From the human T2T-CHM13v2.0 reference genome, Homo sapiens: DNA of 64,000 nt. A program made the position numbers and the translations under genes. The number at the start of each line of letters is the position of its first letter. Position 1 is the first letter of the stretch. This document shows, piece by piece, positions 14,445 through 27,272 of this stretch. The notes under the pieces are model-generated. The model worked only from the letters and a program-made list of their open reading frames with translations. It ran no database searches and was not told the DNA's origin. The DNA is taken from assembly GCF_009914755.1 (NCBI RefSeq), contig NC_060932.1; one strand, given 5' to 3'.

Positions 14445-14730
14445 TTTTTTTTTTTTTTTTTGAAATGGAGCTTTGCTCTTGTCACCCAGGCGCCATCTCG
14501 GCTCACTTCAACTTCCACCTCCCGGGTTCAAGCGATTCTCCTGCCTCAGCCTTCAGAGTATCTGGAATTACAGGTGCCCGCCATGATGCCCAGCTTATTT
14601 TTGTATCTTTAGTAGAGATGGGGTTTCACCATGTTGGTCAGGCTTGTCTTGAACTCCTGACCTCAGGTGATCCACATGCCTTGGCCTCCCAAAGTGCTTG
14701 GATTACAGGTGTGAGCCACTGCGCCTGGCC
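14445..14730 (-). mobile_element. AluSq/Sp-type inside a MIR
   Basis: TSD AATCCCCTCATCTTT at 14430-14444 and 14731-14745. Confidence 0.95.
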
Positions 14731-15388
14731 AATCCCCTCATCTTTAAGATGAGATAGCATGACACCTATGTGGCAGAATTGATGTGAAGATAAATGAGAT
14801 AATGCATGTAAATTGCTTAGCACAATGTTTGGCACACATTAAGAGCTCAATAAATGTTAGGGATTATTGCTATTACGAGTAAGCTAAAATTGCAGCTTTC
14901 CAGAGACCTGCCCCCTTTTCTAGCTGGGGTGCTGATTCTACTCCTGGAATAGCTGGTGCAATGATCTCATCTTCTCATGTTTATAGAATTCATGGCACAA
15001 ATATGCTTCTCTTCAGTCCCTTCTACCAATGTCATCCTTGCTCTCCCTCCCTTGGCCTTGTGCTGAAGCATGGAATGGCTTATCTCACTACCAGAAGGAA
15101 AGCAGAAAGCAAAGTCACACCACTGTCACCATGACACACTTCTGAAATGGCTGGTGGATCTGCAGGATGTATGCTTTGCTCAACAGAGGAGCCGGGGGGA
15201 AAACACATTTTTACTGGGCACCTCCCACAGCCTGGAGCTCACATGGGCACTATGCATCTCACATAAGCCTCACTTCTCCCCTCTGTGTGGTCATTGACAC
15301 AATTGCACAGACACTAAACTGAAGCTGAAAGATATGAAATAATTGGTCCAAGATCACATAGCTGGACAATGAGGGGATGCTCATCTTT

Positions 15389-15564
15389 AGATGGTAAGCT
15401 GGTCTGAATGAAGTCAGAGATCTCCTAACATTCCAAAGGTCATAATTAAGCTTCTAGGGTGAAATCAAGGAATGTTAAGAGATATCTCAAATCTCTTCCG
15501 AAGATCCAGATGGCAAGGAGTGTTAAGAGATCTCTAACTTCAATCAGACCAGCTTGCCATCTGG
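15389..15564. repeat. 46-bp imperfect inverted repeat with nested direct and inverted copies
   Basis: 15389-15434 versus reverse complement of 15517-15562: 41/46 identical by manual alignment. Confidence 0.9.
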
Positions 15565-16495
15565 GGATAAGAGAATACCAGTGTGCACAATTGATTTATT
15601 TGAGCTTTGGGGAAAGTCTCCTTATGAAAAATATGTCTTTCCTTTGCTACCTGCGTTTTAGCAATGAAGCTCCAGGAGATTCCACTGCTGCTGGGATTCC
15701 AAATTCAAAGCACCACAGGGAGACAGGGGCCCATAGGGTCATCCAGTTTTCTCACAAAGCTACTGCCTTTCTAAGCGGCACACTATCTATGCTCCCCAGG
15801 CTATATTTTGCTCTTGGGTTATGCTTGAGTTTAAGTAAGACTGTCTCCAAATTTTAGATAAGGATATTTTCTTAAATAAATAAAAAAGAGTGTTGCTACA
15901 AATTATGCATCTGTACTTGGGGCCTATGAGGATGGTCCTAGCGCCTCCATGGTTTGCAAGTCCAGGGGAGGGTCTTAGGCCTGCAGCAGGTGACAATAGG
16001 AGGGTGCTGGGGCTCAAAGAGTTCATGCAGACAAGCAAGCCACTGGCCTCGTGGCCCTCCATTCCACCTTAGCAGCTTAATTATGATTTCTTTCATATAC
16101 TGGATTCTTCTTAAGACCACATCTTGGACAGAAACAGGGCTGCTGCTAGTAGAACTAAGAAACAAAAAAAGTGTCAAAACCACTGGCATATTAGAAAAAT
16201 TCCTGATTGATAGAGGATTTCAAAAATCCTTGGACCTAAGTCCTGCTCTGACACTGTGAGTTCTTGTGCAAATTTCCTTACCTCTCAAAGCCTCCATTTC
16301 CCCAGCTGCAAAATGGAAAAACCAAGTATCAATTTGGAGGATTGTTCTGAATATTGAGATAAGAGTTGGTTGTTGTTATTTCACTTTCAGAAATCTGTGA
16401 GCTAACCGAAGTTCTCACCCTCTTTCATGGCAGGATGGACTTTGAAGGAAGACAACCACAACAACTCCTAGATTACACAGTAAAGATGCATTTAA

Positions 16496-16635
16496 GCCAG
16501 CATCTCTCAGAATAATTCCCTAATAAAAAAAGTACTTGTTCATAATGTAGACTTCTGAGTTCCATTCAGAATGATGAAGTCAAAACTTCAGAATGAACAT
16601 TCCAGCTAATTCTTATGCATGTTAAAATGTTAAAA
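16496..16635. mobile_element. MER5-like hAT relic
   Basis: cttgttcataatgtagacttctg...ccagctaattcttatgcatgttaaaatgtt. Confidence 0.45.
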
Positions 16636-16654
16636 TTTTTAACATAGGTGATAA

Positions 16655-17765
16655 TAACTAAGTGGCTAAAATTAAAAAGACTGATACCACCAAATGTTGG
16701 CAAGGAAGTAGGGCAACTGAAATTATTATACATATCTGGCAGTTTAAAATGATATAATGACTTTGGAAAACTGTTCAGAAGTATCTACTAAAGTGTAATA
16801 TATTAATAATTTATTATTAATAATAAATATATTATTTTTATGAACTAGCAATTCCACTCCTAGGTACATACTGAAGAGAAGTGATTGCACATGTCCACAA
16901 AAAGACATAGACAAACATGCTCATGGAAGATTTATTCATAACTCCAAACTGCAACTAACCCAAATTCTCATCAACAAGCAAATGGATAAATAAATTGAGG
17001 TGTGTTTGTATCATCAAGAAATAATTGCTAGGTTTTAGAAATAGGCCAGAGATCCCTGGATGTCCTCTTATTGTCTGGCAATACTAGGTGCTGTCTAGAG
17101 GACTCTCAAGGTTATCTGAGTATAGAGAGTGTATGCTTTTCTTTCTATTGCCTAAACAACTTTAAGTTACAGAAAACTGATAGCAGTGCAAATGTTTCCT
17201 GTTCATAGCAATGAAAAGGATTCCTGTCCACAGCAAAGCAAACAGATTCTGTCTGGTAGAGAATATAAATCTCAGTAATTCAAGTACATTCTTATTGAAA
17301 CCTGTTTTTAGTGTTCTACTGATTCCTTTATTAATGAATCTGTTGAATAAAATCTTTGATACATGGTCAATTTATATTTGCATAAGAGTCAAGTTTTTAA
17401 CTTAGGAAAATTATGATTTAGATGTATACTTGACAAATACACAGATCTTATGTTGATTAAAAGAAGCTAAACACACACCAAAAATGCATGCTGTAAAATT
17501 CTATTTGTATGAAAACCAAAAAAGGGTAAAACTAATGTATGGTTTTGGAGATCCAAACAGTGGTTACCTCTGCTGGGTGGGTGGGTGGGTTTGATGACTG
17601 GGAAAGAGCCCCAGGGAAGCTTCTGAAGGGATGAAAATATTCTACATCTTGGACTTGGCACTGGTCATATGGGGCCATACATCTACAAAAAACATTACCA
17701 GGCTGTACACTTAAGCTATGTTCACTTTTCTCTATGAAAGTCATACCTTGATTTTTTAAAAAATC
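16655..17765 (+). mobile_element. L1ME-type 3' end in two pieces (~16655-17015 and ~17420-17765)
   Basis: caaatgttggcaagga, agcaattccactcctaggta, aaatggataaataaattg, cagtggttacctctg. Confidence 0.8.
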
Positions 17766-18409
17766 AAACTTGAAAGTAAAAATTAATGGATGATACGTAA
17801 TCCTTTCAGCAATGGTGTTATCCTCTCAGCAAAAGATGGTACTTTATCTTCTTAGTGATGGTGTCACATTGCTGTAACTAAACTTCCCGCAGCACTTTGA
17901 AGCCCCAGAGCTGGGTGCAGTAAGAGGTGAGGGAGACTGACGGCCCCTCTAGTCCCTTCCTCACAGGGCTGCTGCTGAAAACAGTCTCCCTGACCCGAGT
18001 CTCCGAAGCTGTGGCCAGTAACACACCCTGTCACTCTAACAACCTCATTAAAGTGGCTGAGGGCAGAAATAACCCAGGTCTAGACAGCTGGAAGCAGACA
18101 GATGCTCCTCATTTTAAAGCTCAGCAAAATGTATTTTAAAGAAGCACTAAAAAGCTTTATAAGGAAAGTCTGTCAAAAATCATCGCAAGCATCCATCTCT
18201 AAAATAGCCCTATCAGCAACATCTTTTATACAAAATCAAATCAAAACGGAATCTTTGCCTAGAAAGGAAATTTCAAGTCTTCCAAGTCCTTCTCATTTGC
18301 AGGCATCCATCCTTGACGTCCTCTGAAGCATCCATACAAGGGGTCATTCCGCCTTTACTACTGAAAAGAAAGCTCATTACTTCTCTCTGTTTATAACTAG
18401 AAAGTACTG

Positions 18410-18570
18410 AGGATTTACTTGGCTTCACCTGGTTTCATCCTCACAAGCCAGTAATTATCATTGCCATTTTACAGATGGGCAAACTGAGGTTTAGAGAGAT
18501 TAACTAACTTGCCCAAGACCACACAGCTGGCGAGGGTTAGAGCCAGGGTTCCAGTTCAGCTCTGACCACA
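18410..18570 (-). mobile_element. MIR
   Basis: ccattttacagatgggcaaactgaggtttagagag...acttgcccaagaccacacagct. Confidence 0.85.
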
Positions 18571-18840
18571 TGACTCCTCTGAACAATTCCCCTTCCAAGG
18601 CAAGCCAGTGCCACCCTTGGGAAGCTCTGATATTTACAAAATTGTCCTTATAATAAAGACAGTCTGCCTTTTAATACTTTCACCTCTTCAGCATCTACTA
18701 AGTTATTATGTAACCCTTGGAACTGCACAGAGCATCTATTTTTTTCTTACATCTGAGAAACTTTCACCTATTTGAAAATATTCCCTATTTCCCCCCAAGT
18801 CTTCTCTTTTCCACACAAAATATGGACAACACTTTACTTT

Positions 18841-18950
18841 CCAGTGACCAACTATCTGGATTTTCAAGGGATGGAGGGAATTCTTAGGATAAGGGACTTC
18901 CAGTGCTAAAATGGGGACAGTTGCGCAAACCAGAAGAGTTGATCACCCTA
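18841..18950 (-). mobile_element. MER81 (hAT-Blackjack) MITE
   Basis: gtgaccaac...gggacttccagtgctaaaa...gagttgatcacccta terminal inverted repeats. Confidence 0.7.
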
Positions 18951-19324
18951 CATTTTTTTTTTGCTAATGGTGTTACCTGATGCATAGATTGTTTTTATTT
19001 TTTTTACAAGGCCTGTTCTGCATGATGACTATATCATTCAAAACTCTTATTGCAATTGCAGAAACTACCTCAACTGGCTTAAGCAAAAAGGGGAATTTCT
19101 GGGTTCATGGAACAAAAACTCCAGGAGTTGCAGGAACAGAAGTGTGCAGAGATGGGTGCCACCTCTTGTCTTTTGTTTTCATTTGCACTACCTTTCCAGT
19201 TTGCCTGAGGAAAACCTGTCTCCACCAAACCCTAGGCCCAGTTGACAAGGGCCTCTTTGACATAAACTGTCAACACTGTCATGAGGGCAGCAGTCATTCT
19301 CTCATAAACTCATTTATTTCATAG

Positions 19325-19686
<362 letters not shown>

Positions 19687-19759
19687 TTGTCTTCATTTTC
19701 TAAACACCTTTTACCTCACCCTTTACAGAGTAGTTGGCATTTGTTGAACAAGTTAAGAC

Positions 19760-20260
19760 TGTCTTACTTGGGACAGAGACTGTTCATCACCCCCCAATAT
19801 GCACATCTTCCCTTTTTCTCAGCTACAGAACCTCAATTTTATTCACTGTGGCAATGCACCCAGCTAACAAGCAACACTTCTCAGTTTCCCCTGCAGCTAG
19901 ATGAAACCATGAGACTAACACTGGGCCAAGGAGATGTAGGTAAAAGGGTTACAGGGAAAGCTGTTTCAAGGAGCCGACCCAGTGGGGAGGAGCACCACTT
20001 TGTCTTTTACAGATGCTTTGGCAGCCTGCTCAAAATGGGGACTTGATGCTGAACTTCCACAGACTTCTTCTATTATGATCCATCTTGAGGATGGAAATCA
20101 TCCACTGATGATGGCAGATCAGATAAGCAGTTGGCTCCCAGAAGAAAGTGTGAAGCTTCCATTATAGTCCAGATTTGCCTCCTCCTGACATCTTTTATGT
20201 GTGAGAGAAAGGAGCTACCCTGTTTAAAATAGTGTTATATGGGGTTTTCCTGCTGTAGGT
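19760..20260 (+). mobile_element. MLT1J/K-like LTR
   Basis: gcaatgcacccagctaa...cctgcagctagatg...tttatgtgtgagagaaa. Confidence 0.6.
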
Positions 20261-20396
20261 GTTATGTACAGTCGATTTACTTTTAATTTATGATCAATTG
20301 TCTGTTTGAATAAAGAAATGTGTGTAGGTATAACTGACTAATTGGTGAAAATTAGATAAACCTTCCTGTTAACTAGCTTTAAAAATGAAGCTTCCA

Positions 20397-20678
20397 AATC
20401 CCAGCACTTTGGGAGGCTGAGGCGGGCAGACCACGAGGTCAGGAGATTGAGACCATCCTGGCTAACATGGTGAAATCCCATCTCTACTAAAAATACAAAA
20501 AATAAATAAATTAGACGGGTGTGGTGGCAGGTGCCTGCAGTCCCAGCTACTTGGGAGGCTGAGGCAGGAGAATGGCGTGAACCTGGGAAGCAGAGCTTGC
20601 AGTAAGCCAAGATCATGCCACTACACTTCAGCCTGGGTGGCAGAGCGAGACTCCATCTCAAACAAAAAAAAAAAAAAA
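20397..20678 (+). mobile_element. AluY, slightly 5'-truncated
   Basis: gagaccatcctggctaacatgg, aatggcgtgaacc, gagcttgcag; TSD AAAAATGAA(G/A)CTTCC. Confidence 0.95.
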
Positions 20679-20993
20679 TGAAACTTCCTAGTTCGCCTCC
20701 TATAACTACAACTCTTTCAGTTTCCTATTTTAAAAATTGAGTCATAAAGAATTAACATATCTTTACAATTAAGCCAAAACAAAATATAAGTGGGTGTTCA
20801 TAATGTATCCTCTCACTTAAAAGTGCTGGAAAACTTTGTTGGCAAGAAATGGGTGACCAGTGAACCAGGGAAGGTTAATGACAGACCTGACTCATCATGA
20901 CACAAGGAAAATCTTCAGTTCCTTTAGTACAAAGTCTCTTTATTTCCAAAGCAAGTCTTGCACTTCCTGGTTTGGGCTGAGGTAAAAACTGAC

Positions 20994-21505
20994 TGTATTA
21001 GTAAGGGTTCTCTAGAGAGACAGAATAGGATAGATGTATATATAAAGGGGAGTTTATTAAGGAGTATTGACTCACACGATCACAAGGTAAGGTCCCACAA
21101 TAGGCTGACCTCAAGCTGAGGAGCAACGAAGCCAATCCGAGTCCAAAAACCTCAAAAGTAGGGAAGCCAGCAGTGCAGCCTTCAGTCTGTGGTAGAAGGC
21201 CAAGAATCCCAAAGTGGAAGAACTTGGAGTCCGATGTTCATGGGCAGGAAGCATCCAGCCTGGAAGAAAGGTGTAGGCCAGAAGAACAAGCCAGTCTCGT
21301 CTTTCCGTGTTAGTCGGCCTGCATTTATTCTGGCCGCACTGGCAGCTGATTAGATGGTGCCCACCCAGATTGAGGGTGGGTCTGCCTTTCCCAGTCCACT
21401 GACTCAAATGTAAATCTACTTTGGGAACAACCTCACAGACACCCCAGGAACAATAGTTTGCATCCTTCAATCCAATCAAGTTGACACTCAACATTAAGCA
21501 TCACA
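20994..21505 (-). mobile_element. MLT2A (ERVL) solo LTR, MLT2A2-like
   Basis: TG...CA ends; caatccaatcaagttgacactca; exact 5-bp TSD CTGAC at 20989-20993 and 21506-21510. Confidence 0.9.
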
Positions 21506-21930
21506 CTGACCCTGCTTATTAGCCGGAAGGTAATGAAGGAGGCTGACTTTGAGAACAACTCACATCTTGAGAGGCACCCTTGCAAGAGCTTCAAGTAAGG
21601 TCTTCTTTATATTAATACTATGTCCTTATAAGAGGAGACTGTTTCTCTTTTAAGGGAAAAGAGGCTTCTTTGTCAGTCAGAGGGTTTTAGGAGAATTTGA
21701 GATTTTAAGATTCTCAAGCTCATCTATCCAAATATCCCTATCCTAGGTCTCATAGTCTTACTCTTTACCTATCATGGCCCAGACTTTAATATAAGAGACC
21801 TGTCAAGATTATATATAGTTTCCTTTGAAACTATGTCTTTTTAAACAATCAGATCCTGGGCTTTGTTTTCAGCAAAGTCTGCCCTGTGACAGCAGGAGAT
21901 GAAATTATCCTTTAAAACTGCCAGGGAGAC

Positions 21931-22343
21931 TTAGTCCATTTATGTTGCTAAAAAGAAATACTTAAGGCTAGGTCATTTATACAGAAAAGAGGCTTATTTG
22001 GCTCATGGTTCTGCAGGCTGTACAAGAGGCATAGTGTCAGCATCTGCATAGCTTCTGGTGAAGGCTTCATACTGCTTCTACTCATGGTGGAAGGGGAAGG
22101 GGAGCCACCATACAGAGATCACATGATAACAAAGAGGAAAGAGAGAGGATGAGGTGCCAGTCTTCACCAGTTCGTGCAAGAACTAAGAGTCAGTGAGAAC
22201 ACACTCACTCCTGGGAGAATGGCACCAAGTCATTCATGAGGGATACATCCCCATGATTCAAACACCTCCCAACAGGCCCCACCTCCAACATTGGGTGCCA
22301 AATTTCAACATGAGATTTGGAGGGTCAAATAGCCAAACTATCA
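21931..22343 (-). mobile_element. MSTB-type MaLR solo LTR
   Basis: tttggctcatggttctgcaggctgtacaag...tttcaacatgagatttggagg. Confidence 0.85.
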
Positions 22344-22484
22344 GAGACCAATCTGACTTTCATAGAAACTTTAAGTTGGCAATTTTGATCTTTTTTTTTT
22401 TTTTCATTTTTAAAGCCTTAAGTGCCATCAAAAGTGGTCACTCCATACCACACTCTTCATAATTATCATTACTCACAAACTGGT

Positions 22485-24345
22485 TGTATTAGTCCATTTT
22501 TATGCTGCTGATAAAGACATACCTGAGACTGGGTAATTTGTATAGAAAAAGAGGTTTACTGGACTCACAGTACCACGTGGCTAGGGAGGCCTCACAGTCA
22601 TGGTGGAAGGCAAAAGACACATCTTACATGGCAGCAGGCAAGAGAGAATGAGAACCAAGTAAAAGGGGAAACCCTTCATAAAATCATCAGATTTCATGAG
22701 ACTTATTCACTACCATGAGAACACTATGGGGCAAACCACCCCCAAGATTCAATTATCTCCCACTGGGTCCCTCTCACAACATGTGGGAATTATGGAAGCT
22801 ACAATCCAAGATGAGATTTGGGTGGGGACGCAGTCAAACCATATCATTCCACCCTCATTCCCTCCAAAATCTCATGTCCTCACATTTCAAAACCAATCAT
22901 GTCTTTCCAACATTCCCTGAAAGTCTTAACTAATTTCAGCATTAACTCAAAAGTCCATAGTCCAAAGTCTCATCTAAGACAAGGTAAGTCCTTTCCACCT
23001 ATGAGCCTGTAAAATGAAAAGTGAATTGGTTACTTCCTAGATACAATAGGGGTACAGGCATTGGGTAAATACACTCATTCCAAAGGGGAGAAATTGGCCA
23101 AAAATGAAAGGACTACAGGCCCTATGCAAGTTCGAAATCTAGCAGGGCAGTACAATCTTAAAGCTCCGAAATGATCTCCTTTGACTCCATGTCTCACATC
23201 CAGGTCATGCTGATGCAAGAGGTGGGTTCCCATGGTCTTGGGCAGCTCCACCCCTGTGGCATTGCAGGGTATAGCCTCCCTCTTGGCTGCTTCCACAGAC
23301 TGGCATTGAGTGTCTGTGGCTTTTCTAGGTGCAAGGCACAAGCTGTTGGTGGATTTATCATTCTGGGGTCTGGAGGACTGTGGCCCTCTTCTCACAGATC
23401 CACATTTTCCCCATTGTCTTGGTGACTAACATTTGGCTCTTCCTTACTTATGCAAATTTCTGCAGCTGGCTTAAATTTCCCTCAGAAAATGGGTTTTTCT
23501 TTTCTATTGCATCATAATGCTGCAAATTTTCCTAACTTTTATGCTCTGTTTCCCTTTTGAAACTGAATACTTTCAATAGCACCCAAGTCACCTCTTGAAT
23601 GCTTTGCTGCTTAGAAATTTCTTCTGCCAGATACTCCAAATCATCTCCCTCAAGTTCAAAGTTCCACAGATCTCTAGGGTAGGGGCAAAATGCCTCCAGT
23701 CTCTTTGCTAAAACATAGCAAGAGTCACCTTTACTCCAGTTCTCAACAAGTTCCTCATCTCCATCTGAGACCACCTCAGCCTGGATTTCATTGTCCATGT
23801 CATTATCGGCATTTTGATCAAAGCCATTCAACAAGTTTCTGGGAAGTTCCAAACTTTCCCACATCTTCCTGTCTTCTGAACCCTCTGAACTGTTCCAATC
23901 TCTGCGTGTTACCCAGTTCCAAAGTCACTTCCACATTTTTGGGTATGTGTATAGCAGCACCCCACTCTACTGGTACCAATTTACTGTATTAGTCTGTTCT
24001 CACGCTGCTAATAAAGATGGACCAAAGACTGAGTAATTTATAAAGAAAAGAGATTTAATGGACTTACAGTTCCACATGACTAGGGAGGTCTCACAGTTAT
24101 GGCAGAAGATGAAAGAAGAGCAAAGGGATGTCTTACATGGCAGCAGGCAAGAGTGAATGAGAGCCAAGGGAAAGGGGAACTCCCTTATAAAATCATCAGA
24201 TCTCGTGAGACTTATTCACTACCATGAGAATAGTATGGGAGAAACCACCTCCATACTCCCACCAGGTCCATCCCACAATACACAGGAGTTATGGAAGTTA
24301 CAATTCAAGATGAGATTTGGGGAAGGATGCAGCCAAACTATATCA
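22485..24345 (-). mobile_element. THE1 MaLR element: LTR 22485-22846, internal 22847-23984, LTR 23985-24345
   Basis: Two THE1 LTRs; exact TSD CTGGT at 22480-22484 and 24346-24350; typical MaLR internal ORF remnant MWESLELPRNLLNGFDQNADNDMDNE at 23532-23864. Confidence 0.95.
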
Positions 24346-24571
24346 CTGGTCAAATGCAGCTACCATTTGATCTCTCAAGTTTTGCATTCCACTGGCACTT
24401 CATTCCAATTAAATGTAAGTGAAACTTTAGAAATGGTGATTACGGTGAAAGGTTATTACTGCACTTACCATAAGCAATAGAGTTTGTCTTGCCTCCAGAC
24501 TCATGGGAAATTTACCTCCAATACTTTATCTGGAAGGTCTGTTTTCTTATATCACTTCTTAAACCAATTAT

Positions 24572-25135
24572 TGTAGCATGGGTTCCCTTAAAAGTAAAGA
24601 CTGAGGCCAAGCTTAATTAAATGCGTGTAATTTGAGGAGAGCAAGAGAGAGGCAGGAGAGAAAAGAAAGTAAATGCAAGCTGACTTTAGCTTCTCAAGAA
24701 AATACAGTTGGTGACTTGGTCATGAGCGATTTCCCTGGGGAGGTTGTATGGAATTACTGCATCAAGCAGGAGAAGAACAAGTGATATATATATATTTGCA
24801 GACTTCTTCTCATCTTATCTCTTACTTCTTCTCATCTCATGTTTCTGGTTAAAATTCATCCCATAGGGGCATTAACACATTAACACACTTAAGCATTTAG
24901 TTTTTATTGACTTCCACAGGCATCCACCAGGGAAGCCATAATCAGGATGGGTCTGGTTGGCTTGGGCCAGGGTGGTGGAGCAGCTTTAGTTTCCTCTAGG
25001 ATAGGCCTGGTTAAAACTAAGTTGATAGAAGGCAGTGTTATGACATGAGACTGTGGCCGCAGGAGATTTGCAACCAAGGATGCCATGAGCAAGGAGCCTC
25101 CTGGAGAGACCCAGAGGGCCTCAAGTGTTGCATAA
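24572..25135 (-). mobile_element. Old ERVL LTR (LTR16-like)
   Basis: gggttccc...gactgagg start and cccataggggcattaac motif. Confidence 0.45.
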
Positions 25136-25149
25136 ACAGGGCCAGTATA

Positions 25150-25640
25150 CCTGTGTGCTAGCTGTTCTCCATTTGCCCCTTCCACATTTATGCATTTTCT
25201 TTTTTTACTCTCGTCTGTACCTTTAGAGGCTGGCCCTAAGGACTGCTTTACCCTACCTGCTTTTCCCTGTCTCTTCTGGTTGGATTCAGCCAATGGGAGA
25301 CACTAGGAAGAGATCAGAAAATAGAGTAAAGAGTGGTCAAGAATTGTTTCTCCCACTCCCTCCCTGACTGGTGCTGTGATTCTAGCAGTGGTTGCATCCT
25401 TCCGTGACTAAGTCCCTGTTGGAAATCACTTCCCCCATGATTCCACTAACACTGGTTCCTCTCCATGCCCTTACAGGTGAAGGGTTACCACCAGGCTTAC
25501 TGTCAATGGTACTGGGTTCTTCGACATCTTTCAATGGTACCCTTCACCCAGAGCTGGCCTCTGTAAATGGACTCTTCCTTAAATTTTCTTCAAAATCCTA
25601 GCTGATTACTTTCTAGTTTCAACTGGGACACTAAGCCTAC
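25150..25640 (+). mobile_element. LTR33-like ERVL LTR
   Basis: ttctggttggattcagccaatgggagacactaggaagagatcag...ttaaattttcttca. Confidence 0.65.
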
Positions 25641-26495
25641 CTCTGTTTATTTCATTCTGTTGTTTTATGAATTCTTGTTTGGCTTTTTCATTTTAAAATA
25701 ATATTCCTGTTTAGGTATCCTAGCAATTATGACACATTTCCTTCTCCTCTATGTCTAATGCTTTCTTATAGGTTGGGATCTTTGTCTTACTTCTGCATGC
25801 TGTGTTCATTTTTCCAGTGTATTTATTTCTTCTGTACTATATTTGCTTAGTCATTGCACCATTTATTTCCATCTGTCTCCTGCCTGAACAGTTCTGTACA
25901 GATGTTCTATTTGCTCTGATACTTTGGGGCTGATTTATTGATCCTTCTCTCACTGTATATGACTCCAGTTAACCTTCCCTTTCAGGTACAGTATGAGTGA
26001 GGAAAGGATGTTAGGTCATCTTCCATTTTTCAAAACTGGAGAGAATAGCTGAGATGCACATGTATGCACATATGCATATACACACCTCTACACACCCACC
26101 CATACACATAAACACACAAACTGTGGAAAGATTCACTGAGTTGCTAGCTCGTTTTTACTAATATATCTGAAGTTTTCTCTCTCTCTGATATTTTGTGGCT
26201 TGCTCCGCCTGGTTAGGGCACATATTCTAAGCCTTTAAAGAGGTGCTCTTGGGCTTTGACAGTTTTCTCCAAGTCACTGATGTAGAAGCACTTGCAAAGT
26301 CATCAACTCCATGTTTTGACAAGAACTCCTCCAGCTATTCTTACTAGTTGGCTGGGTTGTTAGTTTCCTCTTGCTGCTGTAACAAATTACTACACATTTA
26401 GTTGCTTAAAACAACACAAATTTATTATCTCACAGTTCTGGAAGTCAGAAGTCCAAAACTACAGGGCTGCATTTCTTCTGGAGGCTGTAGGGGAG

Positions 26496-27272
<777 letters not shown>

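Noticed and set aside
23532-23864. 110-aa protein-like ORF
   Set aside because: It is the standard MaLR internal ORF remnant of THE1, not a host gene.
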